A DNA stretch of 64,000 nucleotides from NCBI GenBank assembly GCA_035221665.1, contig CM069135.1:92380001-92444000 (forward strand). The letters are read 5' to 3'. The DNA is from Okamejei kenojei. Lineage: Eukaryota. The position numbers and the translations under genes are program-made. Shown here piece after piece: positions 1 through 11,208 of the stretch. Each line of letters starts with the position of its first letter. Position 1 is the stretch's first letter. Under the pieces are notes generated by a model that was not told the DNA's origin, did not search any database, and saw only the letters and a list, made by a program, of their open reading frames with translations.

Positions 1-405
1 TCTACAACACTCCACCGATCCCGGCCATTCACTATGTAGATCCTGCCCTGGATTGACTTCTCAAAATGCAACACCTCACACTACTCTTCAGAAATCTGCC
101 TACCACGGATGTTTGGCTCCTTGGTCTATAGTTCCCAAGCTTTTTCTTGCAAACTTTCTTAAATAGAGGGAAAACATAAGCCATCCTCCAGTCTTATGGC
201 ACCTCACCTGAATGCAATGATTCTTCTTTAGCTTTCCACATTGTCCTCAATGTATCTGATCAGGCCTGAGAAATGTATTCACTTTCATATAACTTAGGAC
301 GTTGAGCACCTCCTCAATTGTAATACTTACTGTCAACAGGCTTCCATTAACTGTTCCAAGTTCCCCAGTGTTCACATCATTCTCCACAGTAAACACAGAG
401 GTGTG
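1..405 (-). mobile_element. CR1 (HER1-like) LINE ORF2 fragments
   Basis: Minus ORF 247..435 reads SVFTVE...ITIEEVLNVL...RPDQIH, resembling the CR1 pre-RT motif SVFT.E...GPD.IHP. Minus strand near 45-85 encodes a CEVLHF-like CR1 motif. Confidence 0.7.
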
Positions 406-514
406 CAATCTGTCATCATTGCCAGGGCAGTGCACGACACAGGGAAGCTGTGGTGCGGGAACAGAAAAAAAAGTTATGGCTTTCCATCAGAATAAACAGG
501 CTTCACTGCAACAC

Positions 515-843
515 AGCAGTGGCGCAGCAGGTAGAGCTGCCACCTCTCAATACCAATGGAGCAGTAGTTACTCCTTAACAGTGCCTGAGATCCTAGTTCG
601 ATCCTGTGGGTGTTATTTGTAACTAGGCTATACGTTGTCCCCTTGACTGCATGGGATTTCCCAGGGTGCTCCAGTTTTCTCCCACATGCCAAAGACGTAC
701 AGATTTGTAGGCTAATTGGCTTGGTAAAATTGTTCCTAGTCTGTAAGATTGTGCTAGCGTGCGGGGATGGCTGGTTGGTGAGGACTTGGTGGCCTGATGG
801 GCTTGTTTCCGCACTGTATCTCTAAACTAAACTAAACTAAACC
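515..843 (+). mobile_element. tRNA-derived V-SINE (HE1-like)
   Basis: tRNA-like head (GTGGCGCAGCAGGTAGAG, B-box AGTTCGATCC), V-domain GGGTGCTCCAGTTTTCTCCCACATGCCAAAGAC, CR1-like 3' end, (CTAAA)n tail. Confidence 0.8.
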
Positions 844-1122
844 AGAAACCTGGGTTTGCTCCTGACGTCAGGTGCTGTATGTGTGGAATTTGCCCGGTCT
901 CCCTGTGACCATGTAAGTTTCCTCTGGATGCTCTGGTTTTCTCCCACATCCTAAAGACGTGCAAGTTTGTTAGTTAATTGGCCTCTGTAAATTGCCCCTA
1001 GTATGTAGGGAGTGGATGTGAAAATGGGATAACATAGAACAACTGTGACAGGTGATCGATGGTCAGTGTGGACACAGTGAGCCGATAGACATGTTTTCAT
1101 GCTGTGTCTTTCATTCAATCAA
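844..1122 (+). mobile_element. V-SINE, 5'-truncated
   Basis: V-domain GATGCTCTGGTTTTCTCCCACATCCTAAAGAC...TAATTGG and a (TCAA)n tail. Confidence 0.75.
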
Positions 1123-1129
1123 TCTGTCA

Positions 1130-1262
1130 AACTGAAGCAGGGTCTCAACCCGAAACGTCATCCATTCCTTCTCACCAGAATTGTTGCCTGTCCCGCTGAG
1201 TTACTCCAGCTTTTTGTGTCTATCTTCGGTGTAAACAAGCATCTGCAATTCCTTCCTACACA
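1130..1262 (+). mobile_element. Penelope-like terminal-repeat fragment with degenerate hammerhead-like core
   Basis: CTGAAGCAGGGTCTCAACCCGAAACGTC...GCTGAGTTACTCCAGC, the same repeat as copies at 6.6, 19.5, 33, 37 and 38 kb. Confidence 0.7.
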
Positions 1263-1494
1263 ATCAAACACATCATCACAGCTGTCACAATCCAAATTGG
1301 GTATAGATTTGGTTAGGAAATCTGAAGGTTTCATTTTCTCCATATGTTGTGAAATTTTAATTCCTCAGAAAGAGTATATTAGTGTTATCTATTACCAGAG
1401 GTCAGTCTGATTGACAGGGGTGTCTGACGTTTGGGTAACAAGGACTCTACAGTGCCTACAAAGGCCATGGCAACTTCTAGAGTAACTAAGGATT

Positions 1495-1715
1495 ATCAGG
1501 AAACTAAACCATTCTATCAGCAGCTAGAGAGCGGTCGTGAGTTACTTTCTACCTCGTTGAAGACCCTCTTGCATTAAAGTTATTCCCCTTATCATGTCTA
1601 TAAACTGTGGATGGCTCGATTGCAATCATGTATTGTCTTTTCACTGATAGGTTAGCTTGCATCAAAAGCTTTTTGCTGTACCTTGGTACATGTCACAATA
1701 AACTGAACTAAACTA
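1495..1715 (+). mobile_element. Rex1/L2-type LINE 3' end
   Basis: Ends in CTTTTTGCTGTACCTTGGTACATGTCACAATAAAC followed by a short tandem tail. Confidence 0.5.
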
Positions 1716-1720
1716 CTTGT

Positions 1721-2036
1721 GGATGACATGGTGACGTAGCGGTAGAGCTACAGCCTTACAGCACCAGAGGTCCGGGTTCGATCCTGACTACGGGTGCTTG
1801 TCTGTACATAGTTTGTGACCTGCATGGGTTTTCTCTGAGATCTTCGGTTTCCTCCCACACTCCAAAGACGTACAGGTTAGTAGCTTAGATTAATTGGCTT
1901 GGAAAAACATGTAAAATGTAATATTATCCCTAGTGTGTGTAGGGTAATGTGTAGGGATTGCTGATCGGCGTGGACTCAGTGGGCCAAAGGGCCTGTTTGC
2001 ACGTTTATCTTCAAACGGAACTAAACTAAACTAAAC
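1721..2036 (+). mobile_element. V-SINE (HE1-like); its tail is the insertion site of the DIRS element
   Basis: A-box TGACGTAGCGG, B-box GGTTCGATCC, V-domain CGGTTTCCTCCCACACTCCAAAGAC, (CTAAA)n tail. Confidence 0.8.
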
Positions 2037-2252
2037 TAGTAAGATTAAACGAGAACTTACCAGTTTGAAGTTTGATCTTTATTTTATGAGGAGTCGAGTT
2101 GAGGGACTACGTGAATAGAAGCCCGTACAGCCGTTGGTGCGTCAATCTTCAAAGCAGCGGAATGAATTCACAACTAACAACGACCAAAGTATAACGGTAA
2201 GATGATAAAACTAGAACTACCAAATGAGATCTATGAGGGTGGGAGCGGAGGG

Positions 2253-2363
2253 CACGTAGTCCCTCACTCGACTCCTCATAAAATAAAGATCAAACTTCAA
2301 ACTGGTAAGTTCTCGTTTAATCTTACTATTTACTTCGGAGTCACGTGAGTGGACTACATGAAG
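2253..2363. repeat. DIRS internal complementary region (ICR)
   Basis: 2253-2328 is the reverse complement of 2037-2113. 2329-2363 is the reverse complement of about 6781-6814. The halves join at ...CTTACTA|TTTACTTCGG. Confidence 0.9.
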
Positions 2364-2529
2364 ACTTCAAAGCACTGTGAATTCACGCCGCAGACCCAAA
2401 TCCGATGTTCACACTGCCTGGATTGATCAAAAGTCGGTTAAAAATCAATCATGCATCCAGTAATACATTGTTAAATGAAATAACAGTTTTATTTACAAAC
2501 AAATCATAACAAACCCCTCTAACTCAGGG

Positions 2530-3510
2530 GACAAGTGTAACAGTACTGAAACCAGAATCAGCAAACACCCCGAGCCTTGAAATCGGCTTGTGATAAAACC
2601 TCTGAAGAGTTAGCTCACTGGACATCCTGCGGCCGCGAGGACATGGTCTATTGGCAAGTCCACGCCCTTGCCACAGAAGTTGATGCCGCCCTGGTGGAAT
2701 GTGATTTGACTTTATCAGTATCAATTCCAGCACTTGCCAGGACCCACTTTAGCCACCTTGAACTCGTTTGCACCGACACCTTACTGTGTGGTTTTTTGTG
2801 ACTAATAAACAAAGCCAACTCTGTTCCTCTCAGAGGTTTAGTAATCTCAATATAACGAGATAAATGTGAGACTACACAGAAGCGATCATCTGCGGGTAAT
2901 GCTGAAAACACAATCTTACATCCTGTCATGCCTCTTCTATTATGTTTAAGCAAATCATAGACATAAAATATAATGGCATCAGCCGACACATGCATTCTAT
3001 CTAGCCGTAGCTTTTGCAACATTTGTACACGTTGAGCTGAAACCAACGCCATAAGCATGACCACCTTCATAGATAATTTGGCTACTGATAGGCTTGTAAC
3101 CGGAGTCCACTGGCGAAGAACCATAAAAACCTCACTCACATTCCAAATACTGGCATACCTGGGTTTAGGAGGATTAAAATTGAAAAACTCCCTTCATGAA
3201 TCGTGAAACTAACGGATGTGTCCCTACTGTATGCAATCGCATTCATAGGTAAATAAGAAGACAGAGCTTCTGGCTGAATTAATCGCACTGTAACTTAATT
3301 TTTTGGTCGAAATAAAGAGTTGACAAACTCCAATACGTCCGTGATCCCTGCAGTGTGATATACAATATTCTGCTGTAGGCAGAATTGCTCCCACTTCCTT
3401 ATATAGGTGATATATTGCTGCTGTGTACTATCCCTGCAGGCCGACGTGAGAACATCCACAGTCCGATGAGACAGTCCTCTCCCCAGGTATGGTCTCCTTA
3501 AAATCTGCAA
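2530..3510 (-). pseudogene. DIRS tyrosine recombinase
   Basis: SAM-like N-terminus (SACRDSTQQQYITYIRKWEQFC), LMALVSAQRVQ (catalytic R) and HSTRAASTS (HxxR box); frameshifted. Confidence 0.88.
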
Positions 3511-3529
3511 ATTAACAGATCAATACGAT

Positions 3530-3910
3530 CATATAAAGGATGTTGCATCCCCAGTGACTGGATTTACCAGTAGATTTTTATTCTTGGGCATAAGCATGTA
3601 AGGCTCCCTAGCCATCTGTAATACAACGGGAAACCATGCTCGTGTAGGCCAATCTGGCACTACCAATGTAGCGGAGTCCTCCTTGATCTTTTGCAAACAT
3701 CTGCTGATGAGACAGATGGAGGAAATACATACACAAACATTCCTCCCCAATGCAGCAAAAATGCATCCACTGATACTGCCCCAGTATCTGGTTACCATGA
3801 AACATATCTAGGTAACTGATGATTTAATCGAGATGCAAACATGTCAATATCTGGCAATGCATACTGATCAATCATTTGGTTAAATACATCCTGATTTAAC
3901 ATCCATTCAA
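3530..3910 (-). pseudogene. DIRS DNA N6-adenine methyltransferase-like domain
   Basis: PDIDMFASRLNHQLPRYVSW, an FPP motif in a shifted frame, and LVVPDWPTRAWFP. Confidence 0.75.
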
Positions 3911-5350
3911 TGTTGTCATTAAACTGACGTGACCTCTTCCTGGCAAATAAAGTGCTGAAAGCCAGATATTTGGTCAATACACCAGCTCCAAATCTGGTTA
4001 GCCAGTCTATCACAAGACTGTGACTTAACTCCACCCATGTGGTTTACATATGCCACTGCTGTGGTGTTGTCAATCTGAGCTGCACATGCAGATCCCTCCT
4101 TGTAGAACAATAAGCTTTGAGCCCATACCAGGTGCCCAACAACTCTAAATAATTAATCCCTCTTAATTGAGGAAGCGATGTCTCATCCACATTCCATCTG
4201 CCTCCACAACTAGAAGACATATCTGTTGCACCCCAACCCAGTGCACTTACATCAGTCTGTAATATCAGTGACGGTGATTCCACCAAAACCTTCCTTAAAT
4301 TTTTTGAAACATGTGCTATCCACCATTGTATGTCAGCAATCGCCCCAGCTGACAACTGCATAGGCCTATCAAAAATGGCCCCTTTGTATTCTCAGTGCCT
4401 GTTCCTTTGATTCGTTGTAATTGTTTGAGAATGCAGAGGACCATACTACACAGCTGGAAAGGCTGCAACAACTTCCCAATTAACTGGCTACTTGTCTAAT
4501 CGAAGGCCGTTGTTCTCCAACGAGATTAACACAGTCCACAATTAACTGATTCCAATTTATCCCTGGGCAAAGTTACCAACATGTGATTGGGAATTAATGG
4601 TAAATCCCAGATAATCAATAATTTGGGACTGGTGATAATTTAGATTTCTCTGGGTGAATAACAAATCCCATTTGTTCAAAAGTGATTTTAACAACTGAAA
4701 CTGATGATTGAGTTTCAGCATGAGTCTTTCCAACAATCAGAATATCATCTAAATAGGCCATTACCACATGCCCCTGAGCTCTAAGTAATGCTAACACAGG
4801 TTTTACCAATTAGTAAATAATCTAGGAGCTGAAGTTAATCCATTCGGCAATGTCCTGAATCCGACAGCTCAGTCATCCAAATAAATTTCAAATATCTTCT
4901 ATCATCACCATGAATTAGACACTGCGTAATACGCATTCTTTAAATCAATGGTTGCCATCTAATACCCTTTGGACACTAGATTGTTTGCCGTGGTAAAGGT
5001 CTCCATTTTGAAATGCCTATAACAAACAAATTTGTTCAAATTCGATAAATCCAGAATAATTCTACATCCCCCAGTCTTTTTAGATCTGGGAAATATACTT
5101 GACAGAAATTGTTGATTTTGATAGACAGAAGGCTCAATTACCCCTTTCTTATGTAACGACTGAATCTCTGCTTGAATAAGCACATTATCCTCATCTGAAA
5201 AATAAGTTTACGACTAGGAAAATGTTGATTAGGTAGACTGTCCTTAGAGTAAAAATCCAATTTTTCACCCCTTCAATACACTAAGTATGAACAAATCTGA
5301 TGTCAACTGCTGCCATTGTTCGAGAAACAATTTTAACCTTCCCCAATTTG
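3911..5350 (-). pseudogene. DIRS reverse transcriptase-RNase H
   Basis: KKTGGCRIILDLSNLN, HFKMET, MAYLDDILI, LQTDVSALGWGA, INYLEL, IDNTTAVAYVNHMGG. Confidence 0.9.
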
Positions 5351-5399
5351 AACAGGAACATCAGTTAATTCATCATCTGTCAATGTTATATTCCTTACC

Positions 5400-6510
5400 T
5401 GCATCTTTCCTTGCGGACCTTGTTGTCCTCGACTTTTTGTAGAGAACCTTTTTAGCCTTGCTTGCCAGCTGGCTTAATGAGGGCCATGGTTATAACAACC
5501 TCATGACAGTCTTTGACCCTTTTTGCAAGGTTACCACCAAACAACAGATTTCGTGGTGGTACACTGGTCGGTTTGCATAACTCGCCAAATTCGGGTTAGC
5601 ACTGGCCTAATAGCGGCCCTCCCGATATTATTAATTTCAAAATGCATTACAAAGGAATTCCAGTTCATCCTGGTGTGCTTCAACCATATCGTTTGTATCA
5701 ATAACTTTCACCACAGCTGTAATACCTGCTGACAACAGTTTAAGCACTTTTTTAAACTTCATCTCCTGGGCCCTAGCAGGCAAACCTATCTATGACCAAA
5801 TTTGGTGATTAACCACCGGTACCTTCAGGAGATCACAATTAACAGGAGCTTTATAGTTTTTTGCTACTTCATCCATAGCTAGCTCCTGTAACTGGTGGGA
5901 GAGCATATACTGAATGGCTTCGGCCCAATTCTACATCAATCGCCTTTCCTGCCTCTCTACACTCAGCAAACTTCCCAGCAATGTTCGGAATTACCTCCAA
6001 TCGAACACCTTTACTGCTCTCCCCAGCATAGAATCAGTGTCAGCAAACTGCACTGATAGAACATCCTCCTCACAGGCAGGATAGTTCTGCAGCCCTGAAA
6101 ACAGGTGCTGCTAGCACAAGCTCTCCATCAGCCTGGCTTGGGCACCACTCCTCCTCACGGAGCTGGTCCCTGTCGAGCATTCTTTTGTAATAGAATCTCG
6201 ACGTGGGAGAGCCGTGAGCAAACGGACTCTCCTATGGAGGGTATAACCTCCAGGCCGACTCATTTACGGGCCCACAGAGACTTGCCAGTGGCCTTCCGCC
6301 CTACTGACAAGCCTCCACTGCCCCCCCGGCAGTGGGTCCGCAACCACTGGCTGTGTAGCCAGCACCGGACCAGGTGTACCAGACGGGCCTCCATCCTCAA
6401 CACTCTCCTGGCCACTTTTCCTTTCTACCCCCGGAGCGCCTCGCCGACACCTTCTTCACTTTCTGCAACATTCTCTAAGAACTCCAAACCGTCGCAGAAA
6501 ATGACATGTG
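5400..6510 (-). pseudogene. DIRS ORF1 (gag-like), degraded
   Basis: Lies between the 5' terminus and RT; no intact ORF remains. Confidence 0.5.
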
Positions 6511-6547
6511 GTAAAAATTTTTAAAAACCTTACCTCCGTTTAAACTT

Positions 6548-6685
6548 GTTAACGAAGAACTGCAAATGCTGGAGAATCGAGGGTGAAGTCTGAAGAAGGG
6601 TCTCGACCCGCAACGTCGCCCATCTCCTTCGCTCCTTAGATGCTGCTGCACCCGCTAAATTCTCCAGCTCTTCGTGTAACCCTCG
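6548..6685. mobile_element. Short Penelope-derived insertion with inverted segments, inside DIRS
   Basis: 10-bp TSD GTTTAAACTT (6538-6547 / 6686-6695). The first ~37 bp and the remainder are opposite orientations of the repeat seen at 37253. Confidence 0.85.
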
Positions 6686-6879
6686 GTTTAAACTTACCGC
6701 TCAGAGGAGCGCTGCTGCTCCAACCGGCCGACTGCACCAGCGTCTGACGTCATGACGCACCAACGGCTGTACGGGCTTCTATTCACGTAGTCACTCACGT
6801 GACTCCGAAGTAAAATAAAGCTGTTGTGCTGCATGTATGCAAACACCATAATGTCTTATCAACAATGAATCATGCATTG

Positions 6880-7004
6880 GATAGAATCCAAAGGATTGGA
6901 TAGGATCAACAAACTCAATAGGAATGCTGGCTGCATCCTGGGGGCGGAGTTAGATTCATGGGAGGTGGTCTGCAGGGGAGGATGCTCCTCAAAATGCGAA
7001 GCCT
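6880..7004 (+). mobile_element. Rex1/Babar LINE fragment, left half, split by L1
   Basis: Continues at 10278 once the L1 is removed. Confidence 0.6.
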
Positions 7005-10000
7005 TTAAGAAACATACAATTATATACTAACATAAAATATATAACTAATAGAATTAATTGAATAACAATAACCCACTATTGTGTAATATTAAAGCACAGC
7101 GTAATAATGATTGATTTTTATCTCATGATGTTAATTATTTGGTAAGTATAAGAATAATGAGTTAAATATGATTGATAATTATTTAACAATATACTGACAA
7201 ATCTTATGGATATAGTAGATCTAGTTTAAACTGTGCATAAAGGGGGGGAGGAGATTCGGATACTTGGAAGCTATCCAAGGGTCTGAATCTGGTTAATCCC
7301 TTGGAACCTGCTGCTGTCTAATACAAAAGAATGAGACTTAATTGGTGAGTGAAATGTAATAATTCTCGGCATATCAGCAGATATGGATATATAACTAGCA
7401 TAATTACTGTTATATTTAAGTATATAATGTTGGAAATTACTATTGAAGATACATTCCAATAGTTAGATTTTAAATGCGTTTTATCTTATATATAGTTTTT
7501 AATTTTGAATTGATCTCTCTTCCTTTTAATAATAATTGGTCAAGCGGACAGAGTGAAATGTATAACAACTGCTACGGAAGTCAACAAGAATTTTTCTACC
7601 ACCTGTTGGTGGTTTAAAAAAAATTATAATTAGATATTATAATTAGATAAAAAAATATATTTAGATATTATAATTAGATATTATAGTATCACTTTTTGTT
7701 TTTTAATTATCTTTTCACCACTTTTCACCTTCTGGTCTTTTCTAAGGTCTATTTTGAAGGGGAGATGCTTAACAGCTGGGGATGACCACCCATCACCTAG
7801 TGTTCTGAGGTACCTGGTTGCACCATATGAAGTAAAGGTATTAACATGATTCACAATGCAAGACGATAAACAAAAGAAACTGGAGGAATCACGTTCTGTA
7901 GCTGGAATATAAGGGGCGCTAATGAACCAATTAAAAGGGGTAAGATCTTTGCCCAATAAAAAGCACTCAACAGTGACATATTTTTCTTACAAGAAACACA
8001 TCTGAAACATCAAACACAGATAAGATTGAAGGCAAATTAGATCGGGCAAACATACTATTCATTTACTTCTAAATCTAGAGGCATGGCTATTATTATTCGT
8101 AAAGGTATCCCATTCAAATTAAAGAATATCATAGCAGATAAAGAGGGGAGGTACGTCATAGTCACGGGAGAAATTCATTCTACTCCACTTACTTTGATAA
8201 ATATTTATGCTCCCAACTTTGATAGCCCCCGATTCTTTAATAGAATTCTGGGTATAATTTCAGAATTTAACTATCAAAATGTGATAATAGGGGGAGATTT
8301 CAATTGCGTTCTAGATCCATATCTGGATAAATCAGCAAAACAAAAAAGGATTAACATAAAACCTAAAACTAGTGAACTCCTAAATACATACATAAAAAAC
8401 ATAAACATAACAGATGTATGGAGAATCGCTAATCCAGTAGGTAGGGAATATTCATTTTATTCAACGGTACATAAAACATATTCACGTATTGATTATTTCT
8501 TAGTGGACACAAAATTAATTCCATATACATATAACTCTAAATATCATAATAGTATTATTTCTGATCACTCCCAATTAACTTTCTTTTTAAAATTAGAAGG
8601 AATATCTGATAAAAAATCGTTCTGGAGGTTTAACCCCCAAATCTTAAACAACTCACAAGGTTGTACATATTTTTGTCTTATTTGAGACAAATGATACACC
8701 AGATATTTCACCCTCTTTATTATGTGAAACTTTTAAAGCATTTATTAGAGGAACTATAATTTCATATCAAGCTTTCCAAAATAAAAAGAATAACACTGAA
8801 CAATTGCAGTTAGAACAAGAAATTAGACAATTAGATTTAGAAAATGCCAAAGAACCAACCATAGATAAACATAATAGGATAACAATACTAAAATATAAAT
8901 TAAATAACATTTTATCGGCAAGAATCAGGGGGACTGATGCTACCTAACTTATTGTATTACTATTGGGCAGTGAATATTAAAAATATAATCTATTGGTTGG
9001 ACAGTTCTGCCCAACAAGTAGATTGGATAAGAATGGAGAAAGAGGATTGTTCCCCTTATAATATAGGAGCGATCCTTCTTTCCCCGATGAAACTGAACAA
9101 TATAATATATAAGAAGAATCCAATTATTCACAGTATAATACGAATTTGGAAACAAATAAAATTAACCTTTAAATTAAGAAATGTATAGCTTCTTTCCCCA
9201 CTGGCTAACAATCCCTCATTCAAACCATCTATTATTGATAAAATGTTTATCCATTGAGAAAGAATAGGAATAAAAATGTTGGGAGATATGTATGAAATGG
9301 GAAAACTTTTATCATTCCAACAATTACAACTAAAATATAATTTGAAAAGTAACCAATATTTTAAATATCTTCAAATTCAAGATTATTTGAAGAAATATAT
9401 ACAAGGATATCAAACTTTAACCCCAGATTTATTAGAGGAATGAATGAATAGAAAGGCAGAATCAAGCAATTTAATATCATTATTATATAATATAATTTTA
9501 AATATAGAAACACCAATGACAGAGTCAATTAGAAGGGACTGGGAACAAGAGTTATTGATAAAAATCCCAAACGACAGATGGGAAAAAAAATCTATTATAT
9601 GTACATAAATGTTCCTTTAATCTAATTCAATAAAAAAATTTACACAGATTATATTACTCGAAAACCAGACTGAATAAAGTATTTCCAAATGTTTTCCCCA
9701 TTTGTGATAAAAGTCTAACTCAAAATGCCACTATTGCACATTCCTTTGTCTTTTGTACAAAACTGCATAAATTTTGGAATGAAATTTTTGGAACTTTTAC
9801 AAAACTATTTAACACAAAATTGAACCCCAATACAGAACTGATTATCTTTGGATCAATGGAAGAGGGAAGTAAATCAACTACGTTCCAAGAACCTCTTCTT
9901 AATTATGGTTTACTAACAGCAAAAAAACCTATACTCAAATTTTGGAAAAACGCAACCACGCGAATGTTCAAAATGTGGATTTCAAATATGTCGGAAACGC

Positions 10001-10277
10001 TACATCTTGAAGAAATGAGATTCCTCCTAAAAGGCAAAGTAGACCAATTCTTAAAGACTTGGTCTCCTTTTATCGACTTTTTACAAGCATATGGTGCAAC
10101 ATACCTGAACCGGGTGACGGATGGGTAAAAATACGAAATAGGTATCTCTCCTAATTTATTTTCTCTTTACTTTCTCTGTTTCTCTCAATCTTCTTAGCTT
10201 TTTATCTCTGCTCTCTATCTCTTTCGCTATCTGTTTCTACTCGCTCCTCTATCTATTTCAGAATAACAAAAAAATGT
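7005..10277 (+). mobile_element. L1 LINE, 5'-truncated, RT domain deleted
   Basis: TSD ATGCGAAGCCT/ATGTGAAGCCT (6994-7004 / 10278-10288). AT-rich spacer, then APE endonuclease (NIYAPN, GGDFN, YSRIDY, SDH), a jump to GGL.LPN at ~8925, C-terminal WSPF and an A-rich end. Confidence 0.88.
7830..10128 (+). pseudogene. L1 ORF2 (endonuclease + C-terminus)
   Basis: ORFs 8083..8685, 8937..9188 and 9820..10128. Confidence 0.85.
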
Positions 10278-10615
10278 ATGTGAAGCCTCCTGGACAATAT
10301 AGCCCACTCCATGATACACTGTGGTCAACCTGAGGAGTACCTTCAGCCTCAGACTGGTTCCACCAAGTTGCAGGATATAAACTTCTTCCCTGTGGCTATC
10401 AAACTTTACAACTCCTCCCCCTTCTGTCGTATGGTAGACTAAGACTGAGACTGACTCCCCCCCCCCCCCCACCTCCTCCTCAATCTCTGCGCATCCCCAA
10501 TCCTCTCCACTCGTCACTTTAATTTCATGTTTCATGTATTTTGTGTTTTTTTATGACTGTTGTCAGATCAATTTCCCTCCTGGGATAAATAAAGTTATAT
10601 CATATCGTATCGTAC
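10278..10615 (+). mobile_element. Rex1/Babar LINE 3' end
   Basis: FFPVAIKLYN-like C-terminus, then AATTTCCCTCCTGGGATAAATAAAG and a (TATCG)n tail. Confidence 0.7.
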
Positions 10616-10961
10616 TGAAGGCCTCATTATTTTCCAGACCATTCAATTTACACTGAAATGAAACAAAGATGTCTCATTCAATGAGGACTGTCTGACTTCT
10701 GAGTGTCACCATTTTACTTTAATTTCAATGAATTTCAGTAGTATTTCTGAGAGAGTGAGTTACATCCTTGGGCAACACTGTCAGCCAGAGAGTCATTAAA
10801 GCTGGGTGTATGCTTGGGCTCACAGCAAGAGTCAAGTGCACGGCAAAGAAAGTGCAGTCATTTTAAAACCAGGGGATATTTGAGACACAAGGTAAACAGA
10901 ACTGGTCAGGAACTGCTCCCAAAGCCTTGGGAAGGATTGCATCTCTGATACACTTTTCCTT

Positions 10962-11058
10962 TGGATGGACACAAAATGTTGGAGTAACTCAGCAGGTCAG
11001 GCAGCATCTCTGGGGAAAAGGAATAGATGATGTTTCGGGTCGAGACCCTTCATCACAC
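10962..11058 (-). mobile_element. Penelope-like terminal-repeat fragment
   Basis: GGAGTAACTCAGCAGG...GATGTTTCGGGTCGAGACCCTTCATCA. Confidence 0.7.
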
Positions 11059-11208
11059 ACATTTCCTTTAGTCTACTGTGAAGTGCACAACGTGCAATAT
11101 CCATTAATGAGACAGTGATCAGGTAGTGGGAGAAGTTCAGCACATGGTGGTCTGGTTGGAATCCAGAGATTTTGTGATCTTCAGAATGGTGGGATCCAGA
11201 AGATTATA

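Larger units (their letters stand above)
2037..6815 (-). mobile_element. DIRS1-like tyrosine-recombinase retrotransposon, full length but frameshifted
   Basis: 40-bp inverted terminal match (2105-2144 vs 6753-6792), ICR at 2253-2363, and gag-RT-RNaseH-MT-YR fragments on the minus strand. Confidence 0.92.

Noticed and set aside
302-622. 106-aa ORF ending ILVRSCGCYL, reminiscent of a TGF-beta C-terminus
   Set aside because: It is built from antisense CR1 and a SINE head, and the other cystine-knot cysteines are missing
1721-1800. tRNA-like A and B boxes (also at 515, 14509 and 34944)
   Set aside because: These are SINE heads followed by a V-domain, not tRNA genes
2530-3910. Phage-like integrase next to a Dam-like methylase, suggesting a prophage or contamination
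   Set aside because: Both are standard DIRS domains inside ITR/ICR termini, in a vertebrate repeat context
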